DNA of 64,000 bases, taken from NCBI GenBank assembly GCA_943350765.1, contig CALRAJ010000001.1, forward strand, positions 191,066-255,065. The letters are read 5' to 3'. A program made the translations under genes and the position numbers. The notes beneath the pieces were generated by a model. It ran no database searches and was not told the DNA's origin. It saw only the letters and a program-made list of their open reading frames with translations. Source of the DNA: Candidatus Tayloriibacteriota bacterium. GTDB lineage: Bacteria > Patescibacteriota > Minisyncoccia > Phycocordibacterales > PALSA-1337. Of this stretch, positions 20,562 to 32,347 are shown in pieces (the stretch's first letter is position 1; every line of letters begins with the position of its first letter).

Positions 20562-20738
20562 CAAGAGCCATACTGGTGGCGAAAGTCCTGAGCCTAGCAG
20601 GGCGTAGGGTAGGAGACACGACGGTGGCGGGCATGCTGAGCTCAGTAGAGCGTAGTACTCGATTTATATAGTCGCTCCGCTCCTTATAAATCGGTGCTTG
20701 CCCTACGCTTTGGTAAGCTCAGGACTTTCGGTGCCTTC
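20562..20738. repeat. Family B module cluster (gagccatactggtggcgaaagtcctgagc..agc..gcgtaggg), direct and inverted copies
   Basis: Near-identical to 51295-51430; inverted copy at 20698-20735. Confidence 0.8.
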
Positions 20739-20781
20739 GCACCTCTTGCATAAAAAACCTCATCAGCGTAGCATTATATAT

Positions 20782-21468
20782 ATGAAAAAAGTTGCGATTT
20801 TTGATGTAGACGGCACGATTTTCCGTTCGAGCTTGCTCATAAAGCTAGTTGAGGCTTTTGTTGTTGAAAAGGTTTTTCCGAGTACTGCTAAAGATGGCTA
20901 TGCCTTAGAACATAAACTCTGGCTCGAAAGAAAAGGAACTTATGATGAATACATCGAGGCGGTCATCGAGGTTTTTATGGAACATATCCGTGGAGTGTCA
21001 TACACAGACTTTGATAAAATAAGTAAAAATATAGTAGACAAGCACAAGGACGAAACCTATGTGTACACTCGCATGCTAGTCAGAAAACTTAAAAAACAGG
21101 GCTACTTTTTACTAGCAATTTCACAATCACCAAAAGGTATACTGGATGCTTTTTGTAAAAACCTGGGATTTGATAAAGTGTACGGGAGATTTTACGAAAC
21201 AGATGCCGATGATCATTTTACTGGCAAAGTAGCTGAGCTACATTTAATAGCCAACAAGGCAAATATCGTCAAAAGAGTTGTGGAAAAAGAAAACCTGACA
21301 CTCAAAGGTTCGGTATGTATCGGTGATACTGAGGGAGACATCCCCATGCTCGAGCTGGTAGACAATCCAATCTGCTTTAATCCAAACAAAAAGCTTTATC
21401 GTATTGCCAAACTCAATAAATGGAAAGTGGTAGTCGAAAGAAAAGATGTTGTGTATGAGATAATGTAG
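20782..21468 (+). CDS. HAD-IB (SerB-like) hydrolase
   Basis: FDVDGT, ISQS, K, GDTEGD motifs. Confidence 0.9.
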   Translation: MKKVAIFDVDGTIFRSSLLIKLVEAFVVEKVFPSTAKDGYALEHKLWLERKGTYDEYIEAVIEVFMEHIRGVSYTDFDKISKNIVDKHKDETYVYTRMLVRKLKKQGYFLLAISQSPKGILDAFCKNLGFDKVYGRFYETDADDHFTGKVAELHLIANKANIVKRVVEKENLTLKGSVCIGDTEGDIPMLELVDNPICFNPNKKLYRIAKLNKWKVVVERKDVVYEIM

Positions 21469-21481
21469 AGTATACTAAAAC

Positions 21482-21514
21482 AAAACACCTCGTGGCTACG
21501 CCACGAGGTGTTTT
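21482..21514. terminator. Bidirectional hairpin with IS200/605-end-like core (gtggctacgccac)
   Basis: aaaacacctcgtggc-tac-gccacgaggtgtttt; same core at 30358-30397. Confidence 0.7.
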
Positions 21515-21534
21515 CTGAGAGTTTCTTTTTCCAC

Positions 21535-23916
21535 CTACTTCTTTATCTGCAAAAGCATCTTTGCTACTACATCATATAGTGCATCTATCGCTGAAGCACT
21601 CTGACCTGTTGCCGGAGCGACGACTTTTACATAGCCGTTCACAACCTTCCAGCCTGCGCTGTTGTAACACTGGATACCAATGGTTTTAAGACCTGCGGTC
21701 ATAGTAGCTGGGATAGTGATGGTCTGAGAAGCGTTTAAGGGCTTGGTGCCATACCACTGTGAGTCAAATGAGCCACCTGTCAATCTCCCGTTTTCAATCA
21801 CCTCTCGAGCAGTACATCTATCAGCACCGACTGATGTCCAGTTTAGTTCCATATTTGATCCAGCAGTTAATGTCTGAACACCCGCACCAAAAGGACTGGT
21901 AGAAAGAGCCTGACCATTGACTGATAAGGTGATGACTGGGGTCAGTACTGGTTTTGCTTCAAAGGCTACTACTGATGACGCCACCTCTGCACCTGGTGCA
22001 TTACGGCATTTAATACCCATAGTCACTATACCTGAGACAGTTGTAGGTAAAGCGAATGATTCGCTACCAGAGAGACCCTTGTTACCTGTCCATGTCGCGA
22101 TACGAGGGTTAGAAAACGCTTCACAACTTGCAACATTACTTGCTGACCATTTTAATTCTGCGGATGAGCCTTGGGTGACTATTATTGATCGTAAGTCATT
22201 AGTGTAGCCTCCGTAGGAGAATGTGGCGGAGGGGGCTGTATCTACTAAACCAGATGTTAATACAGTAACATATCCCTCCAACACTCCAAATATATTTTGA
22301 TTATCAGAATTTATTACATATAACTTTGCATATCCTGTTGGAAAATTTGATGGAATAGTAACAGACACATCATTGCTTCCATCTACAATACCAGACATCG
22401 TAGATGTATTATAGATACTGTTTACAGCCTCAATTGCAGAACTCAATCTAACAATAATATTTCTAACATTATTGTTACTATTAAACCTAATACTGTATGT
22501 TCTACCTTGAGTAACCTGACTACCAGAGACTGAACGAACATCCGTAATTGACTGAGTATTCGCCACCACCCTTACATACCCATTGACCACCCTCCACTCT
22601 GGAGAAGTGGCTGAGGAATTGATACACTGTATACCAATAGACTTCACACCTGGTGTCATGGTAGCTGGTACGGTGATGGTTTGGCTACCACTACCGATAG
22701 TCTTACTTCCATACCACTGTCCGTCAAAGTCTCCACCAGTCAGTCTACCTGTAGCACCATCAATCACCTTTCGAGCTTCACAGCTAGTAGCATCTGTTGA
22801 TGTCCATGAGAGGGACATAGGCTGACCAGCTACTACTGTAGCAAGACCTGCACCAAAAGGAGTGAGGGCGATGGGAGTGTTGTTGAGGGAGAGGGAGACG
22901 GTGGGGGTAAGAGTGGTACAACCAGGAAAAGTCTCTGACAGACCATTGATATAACGAAGGATTGAAACACCATCCACCACACCGACACTACCGTTTTTAT
23001 CTACATCTCCACGATTTTTTAATTCATCTGTACCAGTAAATCTACCTGACATTATTACATTAAATGCATCATAATCACCCTGACCGATTCTTCCATCATT
23101 ATTTATGTCTCCGAGAGTACCACAGGCTAGATTTCTACCTGGATCTACGACAACTGTACCCCTAGCATCTCTCCAAGTCTGAGCTGTAACAGAGGCACTG
23201 CTGTATGTCTCACCGTTTTGATATATATACCTAGCAATACGAACCTCTGGAGTATCACCGAGAGGTGTAGAATATAGAACCCATTCAGCAAGATTAATTG
23301 CAAGATTGTGGTCTGTATCGGCAGGATGAAAAATACTTATTCCTAAAATTGCTCTAACATCAAAACTCAACTGATTACTAATACTATTTGGATTTGGAGT
23401 ATTTGCTACAGCAATCGTGTAGTTGCCAACATTTGAGGCTGGACCATTCGTACAAACGCTATTGTAGTTACGACAAAGTGTAGTAAATGTAGAAGGCATG
23501 ATAAAGGAAATCGTTGTTGGAGTAATAGTCATACTATTATTTGAATAATAGTCTCCACCGATTATCAACTTACTTCTATTTATACTACTTAAATTTGTAA
23601 AACCCTGTCCTCTAATCGTCATCATTTCACCTTGGTATACGGGACTCGTAACCGATGTAATAACAGGAGCGGTAGGATTTACCGTGGCCGCCACCCTAGC
23701 TCCAGCTGGAGTAGCCTGAGCTGGAGGAGGAGTAACACTGCCACTCTCTGCCGCTATCAACGCATTTAGCTGAGCAATCAGAGATACCAAAAGAGCTCGC
23801 ATTTCGGTAATGGTCATTGTAGGAGAAACCGTTTGAGCGGAGACTGACTGTATACCGACTACAGTAGTAAAAGAGAACACTAGGGCAATAATAATCAAAC
23901 TAAGGGTCTTTTTCAT
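21535..23916 (-). CDS. Large secreted surface protein (IPT/Ig-like repeats, dockerin-like Ca-binding pair)
   Basis: Signal peptide; GDINNDGRIGQGD and GDVDKNGSVGVVD; duplicated GRLTGGxFDxQWYG module. Confidence 0.8.
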   Translation of the reverse strand: MKKTLSLIIIALVFSFTTVVGIQSVSAQTVSPTMTITEMRALLVSLIAQLNALIAAESGSVTPPPAQATPAGARVAATVNPTAPVITSVTSPVYQGEMMTIRGQGFTNLSSINRSKLIIGGDYYSNNSMTITPTTISFIMPSTFTTLCRNYNSVCTNGPASNVGNYTIAVANTPNPNSISNQLSFDVRAILGISIFHPADTDHNLAINLAEWVLYSTPLGDTPEVRIARYIYQNGETYSSASVTAQTWRDARGTVVVDPGRNLACGTLGDINNDGRIGQGDYDAFNVIMSGRFTGTDELKNRGDVDKNGSVGVVDGVSILRYINGLSETFPGCTTLTPTVSLSLNNTPIALTPFGAGLATVVAGQPMSLSWTSTDATSCEARKVIDGATGRLTGGDFDGQWYGSKTIGSGSQTITVPATMTPGVKSIGIQCINSSATSPEWRVVNGYVRVVANTQSITDVRSVSGSQVTQGRTYSIRFNSNNNVRNIIVRLSSAIEAVNSIYNTSTMSGIVDGSNDVSVTIPSNFPTGYAKLYVINSDNQNIFGVLEGYVTVLTSGLVDTAPSATFSYGGYTNDLRSIIVTQGSSAELKWSASNVASCEAFSNPRIATWTGNKGLSGSESFALPTTVSGIVTMGIKCRNAPGAEVASSVVAFEAKPVLTPVITLSVNGQALSTSPFGAGVQTLTAGSNMELNWTSVGADRCTAREVIENGRLTGGSFDSQWYGTKPLNASQTITIPATMTAGLKTIGIQCYNSAGWKVVNGYVKVVAPATGQSASAIDALYDVVAKMLLQIKK

Positions 23917-24109
23917 TGATTTGATGAAATATGGCTTAAATAATAATAAATGGGTACTAACTGCTATTATAGCCCACCCCAAGTGGTTTTGCACAATGTG
24001 GGTGGGGATAAGTCTTTGATGGCTCAGTGGTTTGTAGTCGATGGCTCACTGCTTTTATAGCTAGACCCGTGAATAGACCAGTGAGCCGTTGAGGGCTTTT
24101 GAGCTTGAA

Positions 24110-24874
24110 TTACTTCACCTTTCTGGCATCTAAACACATAAACATCGGTATCTCTTTTCTAGCAAGGTTTTCTGGCATTGCCCGAGGACCAGGCTTACTC
24201 TCTTTGTGCGACACCCATTCTTCTAGCCTAGCAACCATAAAATGAGCTTTGTTTAAAGCTTTAAAATAGACCTGCAGTGGTCGATGAAAAGACACTGTCT
24301 GTGGACCACCTGTCTGCCCTGGATGCATCTCGATCTTACTTCTCATTTCACTTATATATTGATCTACCCGACGATACTGTACCTTGTGTTCCTCGTCCCA
24401 ACCCCAAGCTGTCTTTTTTGGAATACGAAATGTAGGATGATTTAACACAATAAGCATGCGTCCACCCACCTTTAGGACGCGAGTACACTCGGTCAGAGTA
24501 TCAGCTAGATTTTCTATATTTTGAAGCGCTAGAATTATAATCATTTTGTCCACAGAGCCAGTAGTTAAAAATGAAATATCGTGTGATGGTGCCGTGTGGT
24601 AGTAGATTGTTTGTGAGGTGGCTTTTATTGCGAGAGCAATAAGCTGTCTGGAAATATCAGAGGCATGTACCACAGCCCCTCGTCGAGCAATTTCGCGAGA
24701 AAAGTACCCCTGACCGCAGGCAAGGTCAAGTATCACCTCACCTTTTTGCGGATCGAGAAGTCGTAGCAAGTTTGGCAAAATCACCTCTTCCTGAAAGGTA
24801 TCGGACTTATTTTCTAGAAGCTCATCGTACCACTCTGCCACCTTGCCCCAGCTAGTGTCTTGTTTCTTGTTCAT
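24110..24874 (-). CDS. Class I SAM-dependent methyltransferase
   Basis: ILDLACGQG, RVLKVGG, HPTFR. Confidence 0.88.
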   Translation of the reverse strand: MNKKQDTSWGKVAEWYDELLENKSDTFQEEVILPNLLRLLDPQKGEVILDLACGQGYFSREIARRGAVVHASDISRQLIALAIKATSQTIYYHTAPSHDISFLTTGSVDKMIIILALQNIENLADTLTECTRVLKVGGRMLIVLNHPTFRIPKKTAWGWDEEHKVQYRRVDQYISEMRSKIEMHPGQTGGPQTVSFHRPLQVYFKALNKAHFMVARLEEWVSHKESKPGPRAMPENLARKEIPMFMCLDARKVK

Positions 24875-25143
24875 ACATCCTATTATATCATACTTTGGTA
24901 ATAAATGCAAAGATTCCTGACCTATTTAGTCCTGCATCTACGCGATAGCGTAGATGCAGGACTAACAGACCTTATCTACCTACAAACCTCATCGGCTAAA
25001 CACGGAGCTTAGCCGATGAAAATGGCTCTATAGAGCCATTTTCATTTTTACCTAATTTTGTCTGAAATCCCCGAATTTTCAGTAGAAAATTCGGGGATTT
25101 CAGACACCTGAACCCTTTAACAATGACTGCCTTAATAAATAAT

Positions 25144-25470
25144 TTAATCCTCCTTAATCAACTCATTTTTTATCTTTGCAATTCTAGACAAAATCCTTTT
25201 TGGCTTCCCTATCTTTGCCTTTTTGAGAAAACCTATAAACACATCGAAAATCGTCTTTAGTTTTATACCCTCTGAACGCATCGTCGCTCGAAAATCTTTT
25301 ACATCTCGCATCATTTCATCAGTCTCGGATTGTACCTTTTCTGAAATCTCATCGACACGACGCAAAATCCGCACAAGATAAAAAATAACCACCGCTCCAC
25401 CTATAGAAAGCATAATAACGGCAATAGCCGTGATAAAGAAAAAGATATCTGCATGTATTAATGTATCCAT
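25144..25470 (-). CDS. Hypothetical membrane protein
   Basis: N-terminal TM helix plus coiled coil. Confidence 0.75.
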   Translation of the reverse strand: MDTLIHADIFFFITAIAVIMLSIGGAVVIFYLVRILRRVDEISEKVQSETDEMMRDVKDFRATMRSEGIKLKTIFDVFIGFLKKAKIGKPKRILSRIAKIKNELIKED

Positions 25471-25561
25471 GAGTATGTATTTTGTAAATTATAATAGCTA
25501 TACTATAGCACAAATTCCCCGCGGGCTAGTACGCCCGCGGGGAATTTGTTACAGCTTCACC

Positions 25562-25804
25562 CTATTTGCAACATGCACTCTGTCCTGCACAATTTTTACA
25601 TGGACAGAACTTTCCCAAACCACCAATAATCACTAATATCGGCCAAACGATATTTACTGTCTCTGCTGAAACCCACATCATCGCCTTTGCAAAAAATAAA
25701 AGTCCAAAAACAACAATAAGGACCGCTTTCATCATTTTGCACTTATTTACCATTGACCCACATGATCCAGACCCACAAGTTTTTACATCATTCATATTTT
25801 CCAT
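25562..25804 (-). CDS. Small Cys-rich two-TM protein
   Basis: Two TM helices flanked by Cys clusters. Confidence 0.7.
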   Translation of the reverse strand: MENMNDVKTCGSGSCGSMVNKCKMMKAVLIVVFGLLFFAKAMMWVSAETVNIVWPILVIIGGLGKFCPCKNCAGQSACCK

Positions 25805-25822
25805 ATATTTTATTTAGAATAA

Positions 25823-27214
<1,392 letters not shown>

Positions 27215-27235
27215 CAGTCAATACTCAGCAAAATC

Positions 27236-27361
27236 AACGGCTCAACAGGCCTGTGCTTGTAACGAGTTTTACTAAACCGGCACATTCGCTCTACTGAGCT
27301 CAGTACTCCCGCCACAAGTCATGGCTCCTGTATCTTCGTCACCTTCGCTCCTTGAGCCGTT
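27236..27361 (-). repeat. Family A palindrome, filled form
   Basis: Reverse-complement homolog of 10156-10284 and 54807-54933; empty copy next to it at 27419-27463. Confidence 0.85.
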
Positions 27362-27471
27362 CAAATGGCTATACAGAGCCGTTTTATGAAGATTGGTAAG
27401 GACGAGTTTAAGGTGTGATTTGCCTCAATGGCTCAACCACACTGGTTGAGCCATTGAGGCAAAATACGGCA

Positions 27472-27876
27472 TTATTTGAGGCTCACTTTCCATCCTCTAT
27501 ATATGTGGATAATAGAATTGACAGTAAAACTAAAAGTAGTACAGTAAACATTGGCATCTCCCCTAAATCCGATCACTTCAGTGAATAGGGTGAGGAGGTG
27601 GAGTTTGGAACAAACATTGGAGGTATTATGGAAGTAAAGCCCCTTAGTCTCATTGAACAAGTGTTGATTGAGGATCCCAAAAACATTGGTATCCTGTTCT
27701 ATTTTGAGAATTTGCTCGAAGAGAGTATCAGACTCACGGGTGGTTCCTGAAAAAACTTTTAACTCGCAAGCTATTTGGTAACTCGAATGGCTTTTTTTTA
27801 TATATAATTTTGCATGGTGTATTTGAACTAAAGTTTGCACATAAAGCCAAACAAGAGTAATATATACTACATTCAA
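27472..27876 (-). CDS. Doubtful hypothetical ORF or pseudogene
   Basis: Only ORF in the gap; weak TTG start; no motif. Confidence 0.3.
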   Translation of the reverse strand: MNVVYITLVWLYVQTLVQIHHAKLYIKKSHSSYQIACELKVFSGTTRESDTLFEQILKIEQDTNVFGILNQHLFNETKGLYFHNTSNVCSKLHLLTLFTEVIGFRGDANVYCTTFSFTVNSIIHIYRGWKVSLK

Positions 27877-27989
27877 AGATTGTTATGGCTACCAACCATA
27901 AATCCGCCAAAAGTGGATGACAAAATCCTAATTTGAAACAAATAATACCCTCTCCAATTAACGCTTGGACACTTATCTCATCAAAAGTT

Positions 27990-28218
27990 TCGTGCTAGAG
28001 GACAAGTTGGAACGCGAGACATATCGAGATACGGCGAGCGTGAGACGAAGTCCTGTAGCCGAAAAATTTTCGGTGAGATGTGCAATGGTTAATTGGAGAT
28101 GGTATAAGTCCGCCCTATATTTTATACTTATAAAAAAGGTGGAAAGCTCGGTGGAACCGCGAGGACTACTCCCCGCCCGAGCATACAGACGCTGTGCGTC
28201 TGTATGCTCGGGCGTTTT
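27990..28218 (+). promoter_or_regulatory. T-box riboswitch leader of thrS
   Basis: Antiterminator CTCGG-TGGAACC-GCG...CGC-CCGAG (28147-28181) overlaps terminator cgcccgagcatacagacgc/gcgtctgtatgctcgggcg-TTTT (28174-28218). Confidence 0.8.
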
Positions 28219-28241
28219 GCATTATTATTTATTAAATCAAC

Positions 28242-29492
28242 ATGAACCCAACACCAACACCTGCTCCAGAAGAACGCGACCACAAAAAAATCGGTAAAGA
28301 ACTAGACCTATTTACCTTTTCAACCTCTGTCGGCAAAGGCCTCCCACTCTGGACCGAAAAAGGCTCGGTGATTCGTCGTGAGCTCGAACGATTCATAGTA
28401 GACGAAGAAACCAAGCGTGACTACAAGCATGTCTACACTCCAGAGATTGCCAAGCTCGACCTCTACCGCAAGTCCGGACACTATCCACACTACAAGGATT
28501 CGATGTACGCACCGATTAAAATTGATGACGAAGAATTTATGCTTCGTCCGATGACATGTCCGCACCATTTCGAGCTCTACCTCAGAAAACCTCACAGCTA
28601 CAAAGAACTCCCTATCCGTATCGCGGAGCTCGCTCGCCTTTATCGCTATGAGCAATCTGGTGAACTTATGGGTCTTCAGCGTGTCCGTTCATTCTGTCTT
28701 TCTGATGCCCATATTATTTGTAAAGATGATGAACAAGCGGTCGAGGAAATCGGTAAAGCACTCGATCTCATCGAATTTGTCACGGAAACGATGGGTCTTG
28801 CAAAAGGTGCCGACTACTGGTTCCGCTTATCTCTGGGAGATATTACTAATAGTGAAAAATACCACAAAGACGATGCGTCATGGATAAAGAGTGAAGGTCT
28901 TTTGCGAGATCTTCTAATAAAACGAGGTGGTACCTTTACTGAAGCCAAAAATGAAGCCGCTTTCTATGGTCCAAAAATTGATGTGCAAATGAAAAATGCC
29001 AACGGTAAAGAAGATACCGCCTTCACCGTACAGTATGACTTCTGTATGCCTGGTAGATTCAACCTCGTCTACACCAACGAAGCCGGCAAAGAAGAGATCG
29101 CCCGTGTTGTCCACCGTTCGTCTGTCGGTGCTATTGAACGCATCATTGCATTCCTTATTGAAAAATATATAGGTGCCTTTCCTCTCTGGCTCGCTCCAGT
29201 ACATGTCCAGATTATCGCGATCGATGAACAACATCATATAGAAGCACAGAAAGTTTACTCAGCACTCAGGGCAGAAAATATTCGCTGTGAGCTCTCACTT
29301 GGTAAAGAAGGTTTTGGTAAAAAAGTCCGTTCAGCCAAGCTAGAAAAGATTCCCTATTTTATTATCATCGGAGACAAGGATATTGCCGTACAAAAAGTCA
29401 CCCTTGAAAGTCGAGATGGGGGTAATCTTGGTCAGATGAGTACAGATGAAGTACTTGCGAAACTATTGAAAGAAATAAAGGAGAAGAAGTAA
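28242..29492 (+). CDS. thrS: Threonine--tRNA ligase, short form without TGS/editing domains
   Basis: DHKKIGKELDLF, RPMTCPHH, YRYEQSGEL, AAFYGPKID, anticodon-binding domain. Confidence 0.96.
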   Translation: MNPTPTPAPEERDHKKIGKELDLFTFSTSVGKGLPLWTEKGSVIRRELERFIVDEETKRDYKHVYTPEIAKLDLYRKSGHYPHYKDSMYAPIKIDDEEFMLRPMTCPHHFELYLRKPHSYKELPIRIAELARLYRYEQSGELMGLQRVRSFCLSDAHIICKDDEQAVEEIGKALDLIEFVTETMGLAKGADYWFRLSLGDITNSEKYHKDDASWIKSEGLLRDLLIKRGGTFTEAKNEAAFYGPKIDVQMKNANGKEDTAFTVQYDFCMPGRFNLVYTNEAGKEEIARVVHRSSVGAIERIIAFLIEKYIGAFPLWLAPVHVQIIAIDEQHHIEAQKVYSALRAENIRCELSLGKEGFGKKVRSAKLEKIPYFIIIGDKDIAVQKVTLESRDGGNLGQMSTDEVLAKLLKEIKEKK

Positions 29493-30326
29493 TTACGGCT
29501 TAATCCTAAAATCTCTCATACCCATGGTTAATGCGACAGAAACATCGTCTCTTTTACCTGTGTCATGTAAACCCTTTTTCTTTTCATCCATTACAGCCTG
29601 AACAATAGCTCTGGTTCGCTCATATTTTTGTGCAATTTCTGGCTTTCCAATATTTTGAGCATACTTACCAAATACCTCACACTGCTCAATGATCTCCTCT
29701 ACAATTTGAAACTGGACAGGGTGCTCAGCAAGATCCTTGTTTCTATTAGACAGCCATAATTCAGCTAACTCGTATATTGTTTCGGCTGACACACCAACAA
29801 TAACTCTTGGCACCTTTGTTAATTCGCCACGAAAATTATTCTGCTCAGCCACAGCGTATTTAATTTTTGTTAATTCACCTCTATCTATCTCATCTTTGAT
29901 TCTGGAAAGCTTTTTATCTGTAAATTGACTATAGGTCGCATCTACAGCGAGTGCCAAAAAGCTTATCGAATCATCTTCGGTAAATTCAACAATTTCATCC
30001 ACACCATGTGCAATATCATCGAAACGAGAAGCTTTTACGGTAGTTGCTGTACTTCCAAACCAATTACTCTGTTCACCATGCTCATGTAGTATCGCTTCAA
30101 AAATAACAGCTAACTGTAGATGTTCAGCTTCTTGATCATTTGATCCTACTTTAAAACCTTCTTCACGGTCAGCAACATACTTTCTATCACGACTAACATT
30201 CTCTTCACCGTACAAATCAACAAAATCATCTAGTAATATTTCGTCTCGGGCAAGTAATTCCTGTGCTTTTTGATAGGCTTTAAATAACATCTCACGCCTT
30301 TCATTTTGGTAAAATTCTTTTGACAT
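29493..30326 (-). CDS. Hypothetical protein (possible restriction-endonuclease-like fold)
   Basis: 277-aa ORF; acidic motif DDIAHGVD..LAVDAT. Confidence 0.7.
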   Translation of the reverse strand: MSKEFYQNERREMLFKAYQKAQELLARDEILLDDFVDLYGEENVSRDRKYVADREEGFKVGSNDQEAEHLQLAVIFEAILHEHGEQSNWFGSTATTVKASRFDDIAHGVDEIVEFTEDDSISFLALAVDATYSQFTDKKLSRIKDEIDRGELTKIKYAVAEQNNFRGELTKVPRVIVGVSAETIYELAELWLSNRNKDLAEHPVQFQIVEEIIEQCEVFGKYAQNIGKPEIAQKYERTRAIVQAVMDEKKKGLHDTGKRDDVSVALTMGMRDFRIKP

Positions 30327-30409
30327 GCTTAGTAGTATATTACAGATATTACAAAATGCAACAAATCCCCCGTGGCTACGCCACGGGGGATTTGTTGCTA
30401 TTTATTTTC

Positions 30410-32347
30410 TTATCTATTTATTTGTCCGTTTTGATTTCCACTTGTATTCCCATCTCGACTTCCCACAATCAAATCATGTCTGTCATACACCTGACGATCT
30501 CTATAGTAGAGAAGGTAGACGACAAGACCAATCAAAATAAGAATGATCAGGATAAAGAATAGAATTAATGGAAAATTACTGATGCCGAAAAAAGATGTAC
30601 CGAGAAGTCCGTCATTATCATTTGTTACAACAGCAGGAGTAATCGGTGTAGCTGGAGGAGGAGTAACCACTGGTCTTACGACTGCAGGAGTAACAGCTCT
30701 TGGTACAGATACAAGTGTTGTATTGACACAAGGAGAAGTTACAGACTGACCATTTGAGGTAACGGTTACGGTTGCATATTTTATACCAGTATCACCATAC
30801 GATTTTGACACAGATACAGATGAACCATAAAGTGATTCTGTACCACTCCATGAGTACGCATAGTTACCAGTACCTCCGGCAACGAGTGTTGACCATGTGA
30901 CTGCTTGACCTAGCACAGCAGTATCACGATTTGCATAACAAGAAGCTCTTAATGAGCCAGAATTGTATGTCGTACCGACATACCCGACAGACACACCATT
31001 TGAACAAGTTCGAACAATTGTCTGATTACCAGAAATTACAGTAAGACTTGCTGACTTACTACCGGGATTAACATATGACCTTGTCATAGTGCTATTTGAA
31101 CCAGAAATACCATCTGTACCTGACCAATAATATTGATAGTTTCCGTTTCCACCATATACATTAGATGACCATGTCATATTTTGACCTACACCCACTGATG
31201 TACTATTTGGACTACATGATACTTGAAGTGGTGTTTCGTTATAGTTATTGTAATTATTATTATAATTATCACCATAGATATTCATACTACAACTTCTTGT
31301 AATAGTCTGACCACCAGAGTAAATACTAACGGTCGCAGTTTTATATCCCGGAGTATAATACACTTTATTCATACTTCGATTTGAACCACTAAATCCATCT
31401 GTACCTGACCAGTAGTAAGTATAAGTACCGTCGCCACCAGTAGCTGATGTATTCCAATACACAATCTGTCCTGTAGAAGCAGAAGATGGACTCACATAAC
31501 ACGAGGCATCGAGATTGCCATAACCACCCTGACCGCCTTGATCGGTGATATTGACAGCACTATTACATGACCGAGTGATAGTCTGACCATCGGAAGATGT
31601 GACGGTTACCGAAGCGGTCTTGGTACCTGTTGTATTATATGCACGAGATATGATATTTGAGCTACCGTATAGATTATCAGTACCTGACCATGAGTATCCG
31701 TATCCACCATTGCCACCAGAAGCAGAAGCATTCCAGTTTACGGTCTCGCCAACAGCCATTGTTGTTGGATTGGTATAACACGAAACATCTAGGTTGCCGT
31801 AGTTACCCTGACCGTTTGTAACAGTTACACGATTTGTACACGAACGGGTTACGGTCTGACCATCAGAAGAGGTGACCACCACTGAGGCAGTTTTAATACC
31901 AGCAACACTATATGCACGAGAAACAGAATTAGAATGACCAGAAAGACCATCAGTACCGCTCCATGTATACACATAGCCACCATTACCACCAGAAACTGAT
32001 GAGTTCCAGTAAACTGTCTGACCGACAATAGCCGAGGTCGGACTCACATAACATGACACCGCCAAAGTAGGTGCAGTATTTGAAACAGCAACATCCTGAC
32101 CTGAATCATCGGTACCACTATCATGGAAAAGATCGGCTGGATCGAGGACATTGTCCACAAAGATGTCGAGTGGGTCTTTACCATCTGTATCATGAAAGAT
32201 ACCTATTGGGTCAAAAAAGTCCTCGAAGGAAAAAGCCATTGCATGCATCGGTGAAGCAGTTAAAATAAGACCGAAAAGCACAAAATAACCTATAAATAGA
32301 GCCTTTTTTACTGATTTGATTTTTTGGAATATTGATATATTTTTCAT
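30410..32347 (-). CDS. Surface protein with five PKD-like repeats and C-terminal TM anchor
   Basis: Repeats SCY..P..VGQxVxW..GGxGxYxYxWSGTDG; signal peptide; C-terminal TM. Confidence 0.85.
   Translation of the reverse strand: MKNISIFQKIKSVKKALFIGYFVLFGLILTASPMHAMAFSFEDFFDPIGIFHDTDGKDPLDIFVDNVLDPADLFHDSGTDDSGQDVAVSNTAPTLAVSCYVSPTSAIVGQTVYWNSSVSGGNGGYVYTWSGTDGLSGHSNSVSRAYSVAGIKTASVVVTSSDGQTVTRSCTNRVTVTNGQGNYGNLDVSCYTNPTTMAVGETVNWNASASGGNGGYGYSWSGTDNLYGSSNIISRAYNTTGTKTASVTVTSSDGQTITRSCNSAVNITDQGGQGGYGNLDASCYVSPSSASTGQIVYWNTSATGGDGTYTYYWSGTDGFSGSNRSMNKVYYTPGYKTATVSIYSGGQTITRSCSMNIYGDNYNNNYNNYNETPLQVSCSPNSTSVGVGQNMTWSSNVYGGNGNYQYYWSGTDGISGSNSTMTRSYVNPGSKSASLTVISGNQTIVRTCSNGVSVGYVGTTYNSGSLRASCYANRDTAVLGQAVTWSTLVAGGTGNYAYSWSGTESLYGSSVSVSKSYGDTGIKYATVTVTSNGQSVTSPCVNTTLVSVPRAVTPAVVRPVVTPPPATPITPAVVTNDNDGLLGTSFFGISNFPLILFFILIILILIGLVVYLLYYRDRQVYDRHDLIVGSRDGNTSGNQNGQINR

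Noticed and set aside
20562-20738. CRISPR array from family B repeats (also 51295-51430)
   Set aside because: Units are degenerate, irregularly spaced and partly inverted, with no unique spacers and no cas operon. The PD-(D/E)XK gene stands alone.
27965-28297. 110-aa ORF upstream of thrS
   Set aside because: It coincides with the T-box leader and terminator.
30700-32060. Diversity-generating retroelement template/variable repeats
   Set aside because: The repeats are ordinary in-frame PKD-like domain repeats, and there is no reverse transcriptase in the window.
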